From Lytechinus pictus (lineage: Eukaryota): a stretch of DNA of 64,000 nt. This document shows, one piece after another, positions 1-13,866 of the stretch (within the stretch, counting starts at the first letter, position 1; each line of letters opens with the position of its first letter). Under the pieces are notes generated by a model, which saw nothing but the letters and a program-made list of their open reading frames with translations, did no database searches and was not told the DNA's origin. The stretch spans positions 16,616,001-16,680,000 of the forward strand of contig NC_087257.1 of assembly GCF_037042905.1 (NCBI RefSeq), given 5' to 3'. Made by a program: the position numbers and the translations under genes.

Positions 1-362
1 GTTGCCCACATAACGTAATATAATTTCAAGGGAATAAAAATTAATGCTATTGTATTGTTATCAATTTATAAACTGACAATTGAATTAACAATCATGTGGC
101 TGAAACCAAGGCCAGGTGACCGTTTGATAGGCGCAAATATTCACTGCTGAATGATATGCGCCGTATAAAACAAAAACAACAGCAACAGATTTAGATATAG
201 GCATGATAGGTAGTGGTGAATGAAGTACATCCACATTGTCCAATTCAACAATACAGTTATTTGTGATTTGTTTTTTTCACAAGTATACTTTCTGTACATT
301 ATATGTCACTGATAAACGAACCTCAAGGAACAACTTTCACTTTCCTTACACAGCAGTATACC

Positions 363-566
363 ATGGCAGAATTACTGCGGATGCTTGTCCTACTAGGAGA
401 AAAAGCAGGGAACCTGGCCCGCATCATCAGAGCAGAGAAGGCTCTCTTTGAGTTGCTGGTTGAGGAGAAAACTGGAGAAGCCAAGAACAAGCGATTCATC
501 CAGGATTTCAAGACGCTCGGTGATGTCCTCATTCAAGAGATGATCAGACATGACGTAGGAGAAAAG
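363..566 (+). CDS. INPP1: INPP1 coding exon 1 (MAELL...VGEK)
   Basis: ATG in accATGG context, preceded by a pyrimidine tract and cagcag acceptor (351-356); donor AAG|gttggt. Confidence 0.92.
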
Positions 567-3500
567 GTTGGTTTGTATCTGAACAGCCTCCCTATAAATA
601 TAATGAACTAGTACATGATCACATATACATGTAAGGAATGAATGAAGAAGAATCCATTCAGAAAAGGGGAACAACATCAATTTGAAGGAAACATATTATT
701 ATTGGCCCAAATTCACCAACGTGATTTGAATCTGTGGTCTAAAACCATGATTTATGCAAATTTTGAGCATTGATGCTAAAGTCAGTGCATAAATAGGTAG
801 AAGGAGTCAATCATTAATGCACACTTTCCTATTAAAATGGGAGCTGAATTAATGCTTCTTAAGTATAAAAGGAAGCAGCATTTATTATAATAGCCAGCTG
901 TTTATGTGAATTTATTTACATAAAATGTAAACAGTGGAGATGTAACCTTTATTAACAATCATGGATTAAGTGTTCTCTTCTAAAATTATGTTTGGACTCG
1001 TTTTGATTCTATTCACTATTATACATGTATAGCATAATTTATGTATGAAATCTGCATCAATCACCTAGGTCATTCTGTGCCATTTGGGGTCCATGGTGTT
1101 AAAGATAATACAGTATCCCACCTGTCCAGTTAATTCAGATATGAAGTCTAAGGTCTGGTTTCATAAAGACTTGTTTAACAAATGCACAATTTCTATAACA
1201 TGTTTTATACTATCATCCAATCAAACTGAAGATTATTGCATACTTGTTATTGTGACCCTTTTTTCAAGCCTTTGAGGCCTTTTGGAATACCTTTTTCTTT
1301 CATTATTTTTTTTAAATCTCATCTTAATGTTTTATGATTTATTTGTATACATGTTTTTGTATGTTTTTATATGTATATATTATTGAAAGAAATAAATGAG
1401 AGTATTATTACTCTCCCTCAATACAATGCATTACATGTTTTATGAAACAGGCCCCTGATAATTTGAATTGAAATAAGGGAGTAAAGTTATTCAGAGATTT
1501 CCCTATTATGTTCAATCTTTTTGTATTTTTTTTTGGGGGGGATGATATGCTCTGAAATACATTCTTTCATTTTGAAAAGTACAATGGAAAAACACAATAT
1601 TCCTCCATTGGTGTAAATTGTATAAAAATCTATAGATTTTTATACAGATTTTTAATGAGATATCAACTTAAGAACATTACAAAATTTCAAATGAAACAAT
1701 ACTTGAATGATGCAAGAAATTGGAGTCGAATGTGTGAATCAGTTTGGTTGGATGCAGTCTAACAAGAGATCTCAATAGTTGAGAATTGTACACGAATCCA
1801 GCACTTGAAAGTATGATATATATTGAACCAGGTTTGTGAATCAATTATTTGTTAGCTAAAACCTTTGAAATATCAATAGTTCAGAACTTTGTGCACATAT
1901 CCGGTGCTTGAAAGTATGAAAAATATAAATTTTATTAACATATTCTTCTTTCAGTTCCCCGGTATGAGAGACCACATCTTTGGGGAAGAGAGCAACATGT
2001 TTACCAACACTGCCGGCGAGAGCGTTGAGGTCTCCATCCAACCAACTCCCGAGGAGACCAAATTTCTGCTTACCAGAGTCCTTGATGAGAACCAAAAAGC
2101 TGCGGCTCTGCTCGCCGAGGCCTTGCACGCGACCCTTGACACCAAGCTGGATTCTGCGTTACTAGATTTGACCTTTGACCTTGATGTTGAGAAGATGGGA
2201 ATTTGGATTGATCCCATAGGTAAAGTTCTAGTTCTCGACATATGAAGGGGGTTTCGGAAGTCAAGCGATTGCAAATCAATTCAAGGCCCTAAAATGAGTC
2301 TCGATTGTTCTAAATATAAATCCTGAAATCAATTTCGGAATTAGTTGCAAAGTTGCTATTGTCTTCGCTGGTCTGTTATTTTTTGGCAACTAAAAATTAA
2401 TAAATATGTTGTAGTTGAAATAGATCTACCAAATACAAGTTTTTCCCATTGAATTTGTTATCAATCGCAAACTATTTTGGAATTAAATTCAAAAGTTGCT
2501 ATTGATTGCTGATCTGGTTTTGCAACAAAATGTATAAATTGACATGCTGTTGTTGAAATCATTCTTTCAAATGTAAATAATATTTCCATTGAAATTGCAA
2601 TGAATTGTTAATAAGTTTCTTGTCACTTACTAAAGTTTTGTAATTGCAACCTTCTTTTTGGTGGACATGCATCCAAATTAAGAAATTCCAATTTGATTAT
2701 TAAATCATTTTTGTATATTTCATACAGATAGCACATCAGAGTATATCAAGGGTATTGAGGATGCAGAGCCAGAGAATGGTGTGTATCACTGTGGCCTTCA
2801 ATGTGCTGTAATCTTGATAGGTGCCTTTCACCGTGAGACAGGATCACCAGTCTTAGGGGTTGTCAATCAACCTTTTGCTAGACAGGACCCAGAAACAAAG
2901 AGGTAAATTGGATTTCTTTCGGGGGTAAGATGTTTGGGCTTATATTCACTGGGGATGTGTTCAATGTTGGTAACTGAATATTCAGGCTAACTGAATACTT
3001 CTTATTGATGATTAATCTGTTCATTAAAAGTTTGCTTTTAGCATTACAATAGGACACCAAAAAGCCCCCAGAAGATAGCTATTAGTCATCTACACTGATG
3101 AAAGTATGTGTGTGTTGCAACTGAAACATTGTATTAAAAAAAACTACTTTATTACCTTAAAAAAAAAGATTTACAAAAATTTCCATACAATGTTCTATCT
3201 AGATGTTGGTTCCTTATGTTATGTTTATAACAGATGGATTCTTTGGTTTAAAGCTATGAAGTGTCTTTCATCTACTGTAACTAAACAGAGTTATATAACG
3301 TAGCATTTAGAGATAAGAAGCATTATAATTTGATTTCCCCTGTAACCTCCTTTCAGTTGGACAGGCCAAACTTTCTGGGGTGTAAGCCACGGGGACATCC
3401 ACTGCAACTCAATCACCTCATCTCAGGTCAGCTTAAACACCCCTACAACTCGCAATGGACTTACCTTCGTAATGAGTTCAAGCGAAGATGCCCAAACAAA

Positions 3501-3867
3501 GGACGCTCTATCTTCCCTCGGAAGAGTCCACTTTGCCAGTGGGGCAGGGTACAAAATCCTGTGTGTGATCGAGGGACACGTTGATGCCTATATTCTCACC
3601 AAAGGAAGTACTTTCAAATGGGACACGTGCGGACCTCAAGCCATTTTGAAGTCCTTCGGGGGAGGCATTGTCAACATCCGAAGGTGGAAGTCGTTGAGTA
3701 ATGACGCAGAGAACAGGAATTTTCTAGCTAGTGCCAGTTTGGAGTATCACAAACCGGATCCAGAGGTAAGGGACTCGTTGGGTGAGAAGTGGAGCAACTC
3801 CGGAGGTATAATAGCCTACAGGAATCCAGATGTGCTGGAGAAGATCCATGGTGCCTTGCAGATATGA
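363..3867 (+). CDS. INPP1: Inositol polyphosphate 1-phosphatase, spliced CDS join(363..566,1955..2219,2728..2902,3357..3867), 1155 nt, about 384 aa
   Basis: Four GT-AG exons join in frame (intron phases 0,1,2). The protein has DFKTLGDVLIQE, GEES, WIDPI|DSTSEYIKG (DPIDST metal-binding motif split by intron 2), GVVNQPF, ASGAGYK and WDTCG. These are signatures of the Li+-sensitive IMPase/INPP1 fold; MAELLRMLV...EKAGNLAR and WTGQTFWG match INPP1 specifically. Confidence 0.95.
1955..2219 (+). CDS. INPP1: INPP1 coding exon 2 (FPGMRDHIFGEES...WIDPI)
   Basis: Acceptor ttctttcag|, donor ATAG|gtaaag; phase 0 to 1. Confidence 0.95.
2728..2902 (+). CDS. INPP1: INPP1 coding exon 3 (DSTSEYIKG...VVNQPF...ETK); absent from the ORF track
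   Basis: Acceptor catacag|AT completes DPID; donor AG|gtaaat; phase 1 to 2. Confidence 0.95.
3357..3867 (+). CDS. INPP1: INPP1 coding exon 4 (WTGQTFWG...WDTCG...ALQI*)
   Basis: Acceptor cctttcag|, open frame to TGA 3865-3867. Confidence 0.95.
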
Positions 3868-6800
3868 AGCCCTCAGAAGAGATTAGGGCTTCATTCCACA
3901 AATGATTGTGATTCATTTTTTCATGCAACTATGGAAAGCCAGTGACACTGTCATAAAATATGTTTCTTCAAATTGTGTAATTAGGACAAACATTTTTGCT
4001 CTTATCACTGCTTTTACTATTTAAGACAGATCCAGTTGATTGCAATTATGGAAAGCCAGGGATGTCCTAATCTAGAATGTATGCCAATTGAAAGAGATTT
4101 CATATAACAAACACTTGATCCTTTGGTTATCATTAAAAACAAAAAATCTCATTAATCTGAAGAGGAGCCTGTGATTCTGCCCTCTCTGAATGTGACTAAC
4201 ACATGGCTTTCCATAGTTGACAGTGATTAGATGTGTCATTAATTCATGACATACTGCATTTTGTGCCTCACTTGAAATTTTGCAAAAGAGCATTGCACTC
4301 ATAGACTATTTACAAAGCACAATAGGGTCATGTAAGACAAAGCTGATCCTACGACTGATTTTTACAATTGATTGTACACTTTAGTGAATGCAATCAATCA
4401 TAAAATTATGTCCTTATAATCAAAGGCTGATATTTGTGTTACTGACCATAGATTTCAATAAAGCAGGCTTGCCAAATGCCTTCATTTTTCCATTGAAACT
4501 TGCCTCTTTATGGAAAAGAAATTTGATTTTAACTTTGAAAATCCTGTTTTGATATTCTCATGAAAATCTGTCTCTAATTTGAATAGGAAATAAAAATCTT
4601 CCTATTATAAAATTATATTTATTCTTAGAAAAAATAGATACATATTAGCAAAATTAATCGAATACATGCCCTTGATGGCTTTTTAAATATCTGATCCCTT
4701 AATTGCTTTCAAATTGATTCCAAAGAGATTATAATCTTTGAAATTTCATACATCTGTAGTATTTCAGTGTGCTCAATAGAATTTTCCAAATAACATTTTG
4801 ATTTTTATATTCCATTTTAACTCTAGATGCATTCCAAAGTGCTAGTATATGTATGTGTATGTAGAATTTTCAGTCAACTCATTTTATTTTTTATTTTGTA
4901 CAGTAGATGTATAGCGTGATTTGGCTGTTGTACCCATTATGAAATGTTATGATTTAATTTATTAATCAATATCCTTGTAATGAATGATCAGAAAACTTGT
5001 AAAAAACGGAATTCATCCATTCATGCAGTCCAATAAAAGAAAACAATATATTGGATTCAAGGTAAGGCAATAAATTGTAAAATTTAAAATTGAAAAATAA
5101 ATACATGTAACTGTCATTGCATTGTTAAGATATTTTTAATATATTTATTATACATAATGAAGAAAGTTATGATACCATTTTTATACCTTTGAAATTGACA
5201 TTAAATATCATTTTTAATGTGATGTACCTGTCAAGTCTTGAGGGTTGGGGTTACTCCTATGGGGGAAAAAATAAAGGACATTGATAAGGAGGTAAACTAA
5301 TATCAATGAGAATAATAAGTCTGTTCACGGTTGTAAACTGCGCACGAGCAGTAAAAGGTCATTTGAGATAAACCATGAAGGTGGTTTTCAAATTCACTGA
5401 CATAGGCATTTGTGATTTCATGATCATTCATGTATTCCTTTTTAAATATTCTTTTCATTACGTCCAAGCTGAAGAGTAACAATGTCTTCGTAATCACTGG
5501 TACATGTATTTGTCAGTAGACCAAACAATAGTAAAATGTGCCAAAAGCAGACAATTAAACAAACAGATTTCCAAACTTTCCCCCTGATGTACTATTCTAG
5601 TCACCTGGTCTATACAATTCCTTTCGTTCTTAGAGTTTGAATGCTTTGCCGGGAAAGCTTGCGCAACAACTTCATTTGAAAATGTTAGTGCTCATCCGAA
5701 TGAAAACTTGCAATGGTCATTTGAGAAAAGTTGATCATGAGCTAACCTTTAAGTGGCTTATTGATATTGCAATGCAGGTTACTCTGTCTATTATGGAGGG
5801 TCGACTTTAGCAGAGTTTACTATATTTTTTTGAGCATGCAATAATATTTATCTTTAAAAATGCTTATTCACTCACACTTCAACACACCTTGCTTTGACAT
5901 TTATACCTCAAATGCTGCTTGGAAACCAAGGAGTTGATTCCTAGCAACTAGAATATTTAAAATACAAAGTGATGAAGAGTTTCGATTTTTCAATTTTTAT
6001 TTCAGGCCATCTTCGGAAACTAATTTATTGACTGAGACTCTATTTTTAGTATTCTTCAACACTAAAAAGTTGGTAATAATAAATTTTATTCTATTTAATA
6101 TTTCTCAGTTTTATTATTTTTGGGGAGAGAAATCAAATAGGAATTGTATTCCTTGGGTATATTACCTTAAAGATTGTATGTCATCATCATATAGAACAAT
6201 GGCTATTGCTATATACCATCACCTTTTTGTTCTTATCCTGCTGAAATCAATTTTAATAGTATTCAAATTTAAAAATCATGGTTAAATTAAGAATTGTTAG
6301 AAATGTGTTTGTAATAGAAAGAAATGAGTCATGGTTTATTATAACAAAACACAAAGATGTTGATCCAGTATTGACATTTGTAATAACTAGTGATGCCTTT
6401 GAAATATGTGAGGGATGTTGGAAACAATCAAACATTCTGTGTCCATTTTCATGGCATAATTATTTATCTCCTCATGATAGAAAAAATGCCTTAAGGAAAA
6501 TAATCAGTAGAATCCTTAAAGTGATTTCATCTCTGAGAGTGCAGGAGAAGAGAATACAAAAATGCATTGATTTTCTTATCATTATAGCTGTGTGTGATGA
6601 AGTACTGTACCTTTTCAGTTTGCAAATATAGTCATGTTTTTAATAATTGTGTTTTTATTGTTATTTAAGAAGTAAAATACACCAAAATAGTGTATTGAAT
6701 CTCAGGAGCTACCTAGCTGAGTTAACTTTTAATATGCTAATCATGGTTCATTTTAATTCCCAGCTTTGAAATGCACCGTTTGCATGTAGAATACTACAGT

Positions 6801-7093
6801 GTACATGAATATTTAAAATGTGTGTTATGAATGCATGCAGGACATGCATAGAGTTGTTCTCAAAATATACATTACATTGTACAGCTGTGAAATGTGTATT
6901 TTTATCCAAAATTTATTTATTTTTAGTGGAATATTTTTTGAATTACATTATGTATCTGCATATTTCAGTCAGAAGTAAGTAAATTGTGTGCAAAATATTT
7001 TCCCTCTTTGTAGCCTAGATCAGATTGCAGATAACTTTATAAGGAGTAGTACTTGTCAAGCAACTTGGTTTTAATCATAATAGCACCGGTAAG

Positions 7094-7346
7094 CAAGGGC
7101 AGAAATCTCTCCCCAAAGGTAGGGGGACCAGGGGCTGGACAATTTTACAAGCAAAAAAAAAAAAGCTTATCACTCCAAAAGTAAGGTCATCTCGTCCAAA
7201 ATACATGTTTTAATTCGATTTTGAATGATGTATTTCTTTCCATCATAAGAGACCAAAAATAGTAGGGGGGACATTTGATATTGTGTCCCCCCCCCCTACT
7301 ATTTTGGGTAGGGGGGGGACGCGTCCCCCTGGGATTTCCGCCAATG
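7094..7346. mobile_element. hAT-type MITE
   Basis: Exact 8-bp TSD CCGGTAAG (7086-7093, 7347-7354); imperfect TIRs caagggcagaaatc / gatttccgccaatg. Confidence 0.85.
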
Positions 7347-7861
7347 CCGGTAAGTATATTATTTTGTATAAGAAATGAGGTATGTGTATGAATAATTTGA
7401 GTTATCACAAATATTTATTTATTATAAATTAACACATTAAAGTAGCCCATAATTTCAGTTGGGAGATGTCAGGAGACACTTACCTTTTTCTTGATCAAGA
7501 CAATCTGTCTTTCAGAGTAGAAAAGTAGAACTTAGATAACACATCACACAGTGTCTATCTATATTGCACGGTACAGATAGCATCTATGATGAGTGGGGAA
7601 TACATAGCTGTAAAGTGCTTTGGAATGTTTTAAATATGAAATTTGAATATTATCATCGTCACAGTTATTATTGTCATTGCTGGAAGTGTGCACTTTAAGT
7701 AAGGTGGGTGTTTGCTGCAGATTCCACGCCTTATATTATTCAACTAACAAGAGAAACAGATTTATTTTTGTGGTATTTTTTATATTTATACCAGTTCAAC
7801 ACTCACTATGAATTCAACCAAAAAAAATGTGATATATGGGGATTCCAGGTTGATATTACGT

Positions 7862-8130
7862 GGGCGCGTCGTGGTCTAATGGTTTTGACTCTTGCCTTTC
7901 AAACAGAGGGTCGTGGGTTCGAATCCTAGCCATGGCGTGTTTTCCTTCAGCAAGAAATTTATCCACACTGCTGCACTCCACCCAGGTGAGGTGAATGGGT
8001 ACCCGGTAGGAGTAATTCCTTGAATGCACTGAGCGCCGGTGATGGTAGCTCGAGCTAAAGCCGGGGTAATAACAGCAGCGCTTTGTATCTTCAGGCAAAA
8101 AGCGCTTTATAAATCCAGCTATTATTATTA
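7862..8130 (+). mobile_element. tRNA-derived SINE, family A
   Basis: A box TGGTCTAATGG, B box GGTTCGAATCC, core cacccaggtgaggtgaatgggtacc, (ATT)n tail; close homologue at 54434-54706. Confidence 0.9.
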
Positions 8131-8632
8131 TATTTTACCTAATGTGAAGAAATTTGTTCCTTCATGAGCAATACAAATTGTTATTAGCCTATGATAGTGC
8201 ACAGTGCTTTGCACTTTCTAAGACAGTACAAAGTGCAATGAACTTTATTGTGGTTAGTACACGGTGAAAAACCCTTTTACAACAGGGGATATGAAAGAAT
8301 CGGTTATAATCTCAAGAAACAAGGTACATTTAGGAAGCATCACAGATTTGCACTATGCAATGTAGGATGGAATCAAGGCATGTCTTTTAACGGGGCATTG
8401 TGCAATATTAAAAAGAGTAAGTAAGCTCCTATTACAGTTGTATACAGTATATATATATATTTAGATTAAATATTCAGATATTTGTGAGTGATGATGAATT
8501 AAGTAGCATCTTCAGCCTATAGAACCTGCATTTAAGGCATCTTACCAAAGTCTGTGCCACCTCTCTTATCTTGTGAGCTTCTTTAGCAGCAACATTCCTG
8601 CGTTGTGTTGTATCTGCTAAAACGGTTCCACG

Positions 8633-8815
8633 ACATTTGCTCCGGCGACAATTGCTCTGCTCTAAATTCCACACACTAACCGAATAACCAACTTCAACCC
8701 TGGGTTGAACACTATACCCTTGCCTAACATAAAACCCTACTGCAACCCTCACCCCACATCTTAGACGAAATTAAGCCCGAAGCGATTGTCGCAGGAGACG
8801 CATGTTGTGACACCG
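8633..8815. mobile_element. Short non-autonomous DNA element with imperfect TIRs
   Basis: cggttccacgacatttgctccggcgacaattgct ... gcgattgtcgcaggagacgcatgttgtgacaccg, internal aaccct-like repeats. Confidence 0.6.
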
Positions 8816-9579
8816 CTATAACAGGTGGATTACAAGTGGTAAAATGCTGAGATGGTTTCTTACTGAAAGATGTGACTTGCACTTAATTAAGCTACAGTCA
8901 CACCAAAGAGACGACTCAAAATATGACATTTGAAATAACGTCAGAGCTGCTAACCTTTAAGTGTGAGTGAACTGTGTGTTATAAATACATAGTCTTGAAA
9001 TATACGTTTTCAGATATCTACTAATACTCCAGAGAATAAATTTAACTATAATTGTATTGTATAGAATAACTAAAATGTTTTGGAGGAAAAGTTATTGTTT
9101 TGCTACTTAGTAACATAATTATTGTGTTATAAATGTATTGAGTAGTTAATTAGCATGTTATCATTCAAGTGGGTCTGTATTACTAGACTACACGAGCATT
9201 ATGGGTCAGGAAACTGGCCAGGTAGGAGTAGTTGAGGACTCGAGATGGCGCTTTTGGTTCGTATCTGCTTTAAAAGTAAGAAGTAGTAATCCAGAAACTC
9301 AAAAGTCATAATTTCATATGCGCCGCATGGTATTATAAATTTCTTTTAAGAGGTAATATAAAGAACAGATTCCATTAAAAAAAAGGAATATTCTTTCTTT
9401 TAAGGCTCAGATTCAGAACCATCTCTGGTACTCTCTCTTTTGCGTCAATCCATGATAAATCCAAGAGGGAAAAAAACACAAGATCGAGTCAGTATTTAAG
9501 CATGTGATGATAACATTCAGAGGGATGTAAACAAAGATACACGATCATGCGAATAATGAGCATCATTGGCCACCTTCTG

Positions 9580-9736
9580 GGGGGCGTTTCATGAAAGGAC
9601 TTGTCGGACGTTTTATCCGACAAGTCCCATTTTATCCGACAGTTACCATAGGAACAGTGCCTCTCTGCCAATCAAAATCATGGAAAGATGTCAGATCTGA
9701 CAACTTGTCGGATGAAAATATTGATGAAACGCTCCC
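9580..9736. mobile_element. Short MITE, PIF/Harbinger-like (CWG flanks); partial duplicate at 10501-10637
   Basis: TIR ggggcgtttcat / atgaaacgctccc, flanks ctg and cag, central CCAAT. Confidence 0.75.
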
Positions 9737-11057
9737 CAGATGAGTTCGCCACTGCGCCAATGTTTTACTATAAATTTAGTATTAAACGTTAACATACCTA
9801 TTTGCCCTCAAAAGAGTAATAATTAAGTCAAAACCATAATGGCATAATTTGACATGAAAATTGTAATAATTATGACTTTTTCTTAATAGCTGGCAGCTCT
9901 GTAACGTAATAGCTTTGATAGGCCTGGAGTTAGTTCCTTTGGTGTTACTTAAGCATGAAAGTACCTTAATTTTAATAGATACATGTTTATTCTTATATGG
10001 TGCTTTTTTTTTAGCTGCAATAGCAATCAATAGTTTTTCTTGATACTGAACCAATTATTGTAAATTTTAATCTAGTTTAATGTTTGGATTATTTGTATTA
10101 TAGACAAAACGGTAGTTTTACAAATAATAGATTTACACCTGTATAGTAATGCAGAAATACATAATTTGATTATTTAGGGTCCATTAGTTGACCAATTACT
10201 TATATTGCTTATTGCACAATACTAAATACAGTATACCTACATGTATTGCATAATACTCTATCTGATCAAAGTTTAATACCTTCAACAACTTAATCCAAAT
10301 TTATTAGAAATTAGTTTTGTATACATTTAAAGTACACTCTAAATCTTGTTTTGTCATCACTCACTGGTCTAACTGGCTTCCTATGGGGGCTGGTGCCCTT
10401 ATATGCTAGAGCTCCTATGAGTTCTGAGCCGACCGGGCTAGCGGCCCCTTAAATTGCCCCCAGCAGGATCTAGCTAGGAATTCTGGTGGGTGATGCAAAA
10501 CTTGTCGGACGTTTTATCCGACAAGTCCCATTTTATCCGACAGTTACCATAGGAACAGTGCCTCTCTGCCAATCAAAATCATGGAAAGATGTCAGATCTG
10601 ACAACTTGTCGGATGAAAATATTGATGAAACGCTCCCCAGATGAGTTCGCCACTGCCCAATGTTTTACTATAAATTTAGTATTAAACGTTAACATACCTA
10701 TTTGCCCTCAAAAGAGTAATAATTAAGTCAAAACCATAATGGCATAATTTGACATGAAAATTGTAATAATTATGACTTTTTCTTAATAGCTGGCAGCTCT
10801 GTAACGTAATAGCTTTGATAGGCCTGGAGTTAGTTCCTTTGGTGTTACTTAAGCATGAAAGTACCTTAATTTTAATAGATACATGTTTATTCTTATATGG
10901 TGCTTTTTTTTTAGCTGCAATAGCAATCAATAGTTTTTCTTGATACTGAACCAATTATTGTAAATTTTAATCTAGTTTAATGTTTGGATTATTTGTATTA
11001 TAGACAAAACGGTAGTTTTACAAATAATAGATTTACACCTGTATAGTAATGCAGAAA
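9600..11057 (+). repeat. Near-identical direct repeat, about 557 bp (9600-10157 and 10501-11057)
   Basis: Identical 90-aa ORFs offset by 900 nt; only one 1-bp indel noticed by eye. Confidence 0.95.
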
Positions 11058-11144
11058 GTTATTTTGTATAGCAATGTAGAAAATAATTTGTTTTGTAATA
11101 TAGAAATTTACTATGTATATTTATGAAAGGAAAGTGTCTTTTTA

Positions 11145-11756
11145 AGGAAACCAAATCCCAAGAAGAGAAGCAATCTTTTTGGAGAGAGTAAAATGAGAGG
11201 AACAATGTTAAAAATAGTTTCATAAAAATCGGTTACCGGTATTAAATAAGCAAGTTATGGACGTTTAAAGTCTTGTTGTACTTTCTATGGGGATCCTCAT
11301 ATTGGCAAACGTGCTTCAAAAGGGCTGATTTTGTGGACAACTCTCCATTTGTTTTGTACACAAATTTTCAGATTTTCCTCATTATCTTTCAAATTGCATC
11401 TTGCCTCATTATCTTTCAAATTGCATCTTGCCTCCTTCTGAGCACAACATATGTCATGGGAAAATATAATTCACACCACATATTTCAAGGTCAGGAGGAG
11501 ATAATGTGAAATATGTAAAGTAAAGGGGAAAATCTGAAAATTTGTGTACATAACAAATGGAGAGTTGTCCACAAAATCAGCCATTTTGAAGCACGTTTGC
11601 CAGTTTGAGGATCCCCATAGAAAGTACAAGAAGACTTTTTAAACGTCAATAACTTGTTTATTTCATAGCCGATTTTGATGGGACTTTTTTTTAAATTGTT
11701 CCTCTCATTTTACTCTTTCCAATAAGATTGCTTCTCTTCTTGGGTTTTGGTTTCCT
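11145..11756. mobile_element. Foldback non-autonomous element, Kolobok-like
   Basis: About 230-bp inverted arms, AGG...CCT termini, TTAA on the right (ttta on the left); internal ~27-bp tandem duplication near 11377-11430. Confidence 0.8.
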
Positions 11757-11882
11757 TTAATAATGATATGTCATTGTGTTGATTCAGTGGCTAATGGTGG
11801 TTGCCATCAATGGAGGAAATTTGATTGGCTATTGAGCTCTGTTACCATGGTAATTACCATTGATTGTAAGATTTACACAGCC

Positions 11883-12041
11883 GGGCCCTGTTTGCATAAA
11901 AGTTACTTTAATGGTAACTTTGCCATCCATTGGTAACTACCACGGTAACGTTGATCAACAGCCAATCAGAATCAAGGACTCCATGAAAGTCACCATTGCA
12001 TGGCAAAGTTACCATAATGGTAACTTTTATGCAACAGGGCC
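11883..12041. mobile_element. Short MITE, PIF/Harbinger-like
   Basis: TIR gggccctgtttgcataaaagttac / gtaacttttatgcaacagggcc, central gccaatcag. Confidence 0.8.
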
Positions 12042-12099
12042 CTGGTATCTGATCTGATGTTCATTTATGTATTAGGAGTTATTCATTCAAGATACCTAA

Positions 12100-12780
12100 A
12101 GGCAAAGTCTATTCCCACAAATTGATATGAATAAGTAGAGAAAAGTCAAACAAGCCAAATACTGAGTAGTTCATCGGATATAAAGTGAGAAAGTTTTTTA
12201 ATTTTCGCTTCATGCAGCGCACGACACTGGCGCCGGTCCGACGGTCCCAGACCAGTGAAAATTGCTGTCGAGCCATTTATTCTTTCAGAAATAGCCAGGT
12301 TTACTGGTCCGACATGACCAGTAAAAAATATATCAAACTAATACAAATGATATTTTCTCCTAGAATTTCACTTTTTCACTAAAAAGTTAAATGCACAGCA
12401 CAGTCATATGCATATGAGAGAGTTGATGATGTCACTATTTTTTTTCCATTGTATGAATTATTTTTACAGATTTGACAAGGAAACTTTATTTTGAATTACG
12501 AAAAGTTACAACAATGGCAATGCCAAATGTCCAGAAAGGAATCTGTATTTCTTCACATTACAGCGAAGAGAAAATAAGAATATTTTGCATATCATACAAT
12601 GAAATAAAAAAATAAATAGTGAGTTAGTTATGTCAGGATGTGCACATAACTGTTTTGTTAAATTTCAGTGAAAATTTTAAATGTCTTAACTTTCTTATTT
12701 TACATCAGTTTGATGAAATTTTCAGTGTTAGACTTGTTTGATTTGTCTCTATTATTTTGTCAAGTTTTGTTGTATAAGCA
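12100..12780. mobile_element. Decayed copy of the 45437-46039 element carrying an inserted fragment (about 12215-12365) of the 53542-53978 element
   Basis: Shared blocks gagagttgatgatgtca, gatgtgcacataactgttttgt, tgatgaaattttcagtgtta; the insert is reverse-complement-like to 53835-53978. Confidence 0.7.
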
Positions 12781-13487
12781 CTTCAATTGTATTAATAATA
12801 TTTATATTAGAAACATTAATCATATCATAGAGGCTTTAACTCATTAATTTTATTTTACAACTGATCTTTGTATACATTATCATATGTATTGCAACAATTT
12901 TTAATTCTAGTTTTTAATTCTTGTGTATGCAAGTTGCTGTAAATATATTTATGTAATAAATTAGCCAATAAAGCACTTCTAATAAATTTATCAATTGAAA
13001 TGTGTCTATTTTTTTTTAATGTGTATACAAGAAAAACGTTAATCGCTGTCTGCAAACCTGCCATTATTTTACTAATAAGGAAACACACAAATGTACTTTC
13101 TTTTTACTTACGCCTCTTGATTAACCAAAATTTATGCTTACTTTAAACACCAATATATTTAACCTGAAAACTTGCAAGAGCTTAACAAAAATAGCTACAT
13201 GTAATGTTTGGGAGATTCCAAGTTATGTAGTTTATTTACCACTTACTGGTTAAAGGAATACCATATGTTGCTAGGCTCCTTAAAGAAAGAAACGTACATG
13301 AATTTAAATAACCTTTAAACAGGACTTTTAAACTGACCAAGTAGTGTGATAGCCTATTGTGCGGGCCTATTGTGCATATGATCAGCTTATTGCGCAATTC
13401 GCAATTTGATCATGTAGGGTCCATTAACAGAGCAATTGCTTATTATGCAATATAGCAGCTGAATATGCAATATAACTAGCTTATTCT

Positions 13488-13866
13488 GAAATACCTAATT
13501 TGATTATTTAGGGTCCATTAGTTGACCAATTACTTATATGGCTTATTGCACAATACTAAATACAGTATACCTACATGTATTGCATAATACTCTATCTGAT
13601 CAAAGTTTAATGCCTTCGACAACTTAATCCAAATTTATTAGAAATTAGTTTTGTATACATGTAAAATACACTCTAAATCTTGTTTTGTCTTCACTCACTG
13701 GTCTGACTGGCTTCCTATGGGCGCAGGTGCCCTTCTATGCTAGAGCTCCTGTGAGTTCTGAGCAGACCGGGCTTGCCCCTTAAATTGTCGGTGAACGGAG
13801 CAGCAAGTAGAAGGGCACCAGCCCCTACCAGGATCTAGCGAGGAATTCCGGTGGGTGAAGCAAAAC
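13488..13866 (+). repeat. Diverged direct repeat of 10154-10501
   Basis: Colinear with multiple substitutions and two indels. Confidence 0.9.

Noticed and set aside
2200-2245. Apparent catalytic mutation DPIG instead of DPID in INPP1
   Set aside because: This is ORF read-through into intron 2; splicing restores DPIDST.
7862-7935. tRNA genes (also near 38780, 46233, 53140 and 54706)
   Set aside because: Acceptor stems do not close well and each continues into a SINE body and tail.
9782-10954. Two identical 90-aa ORFs suggesting a duplicated gene
   Set aside because: Non-ATG start, no recognisable motif, AT-rich; they simply reflect the 557-bp duplication.
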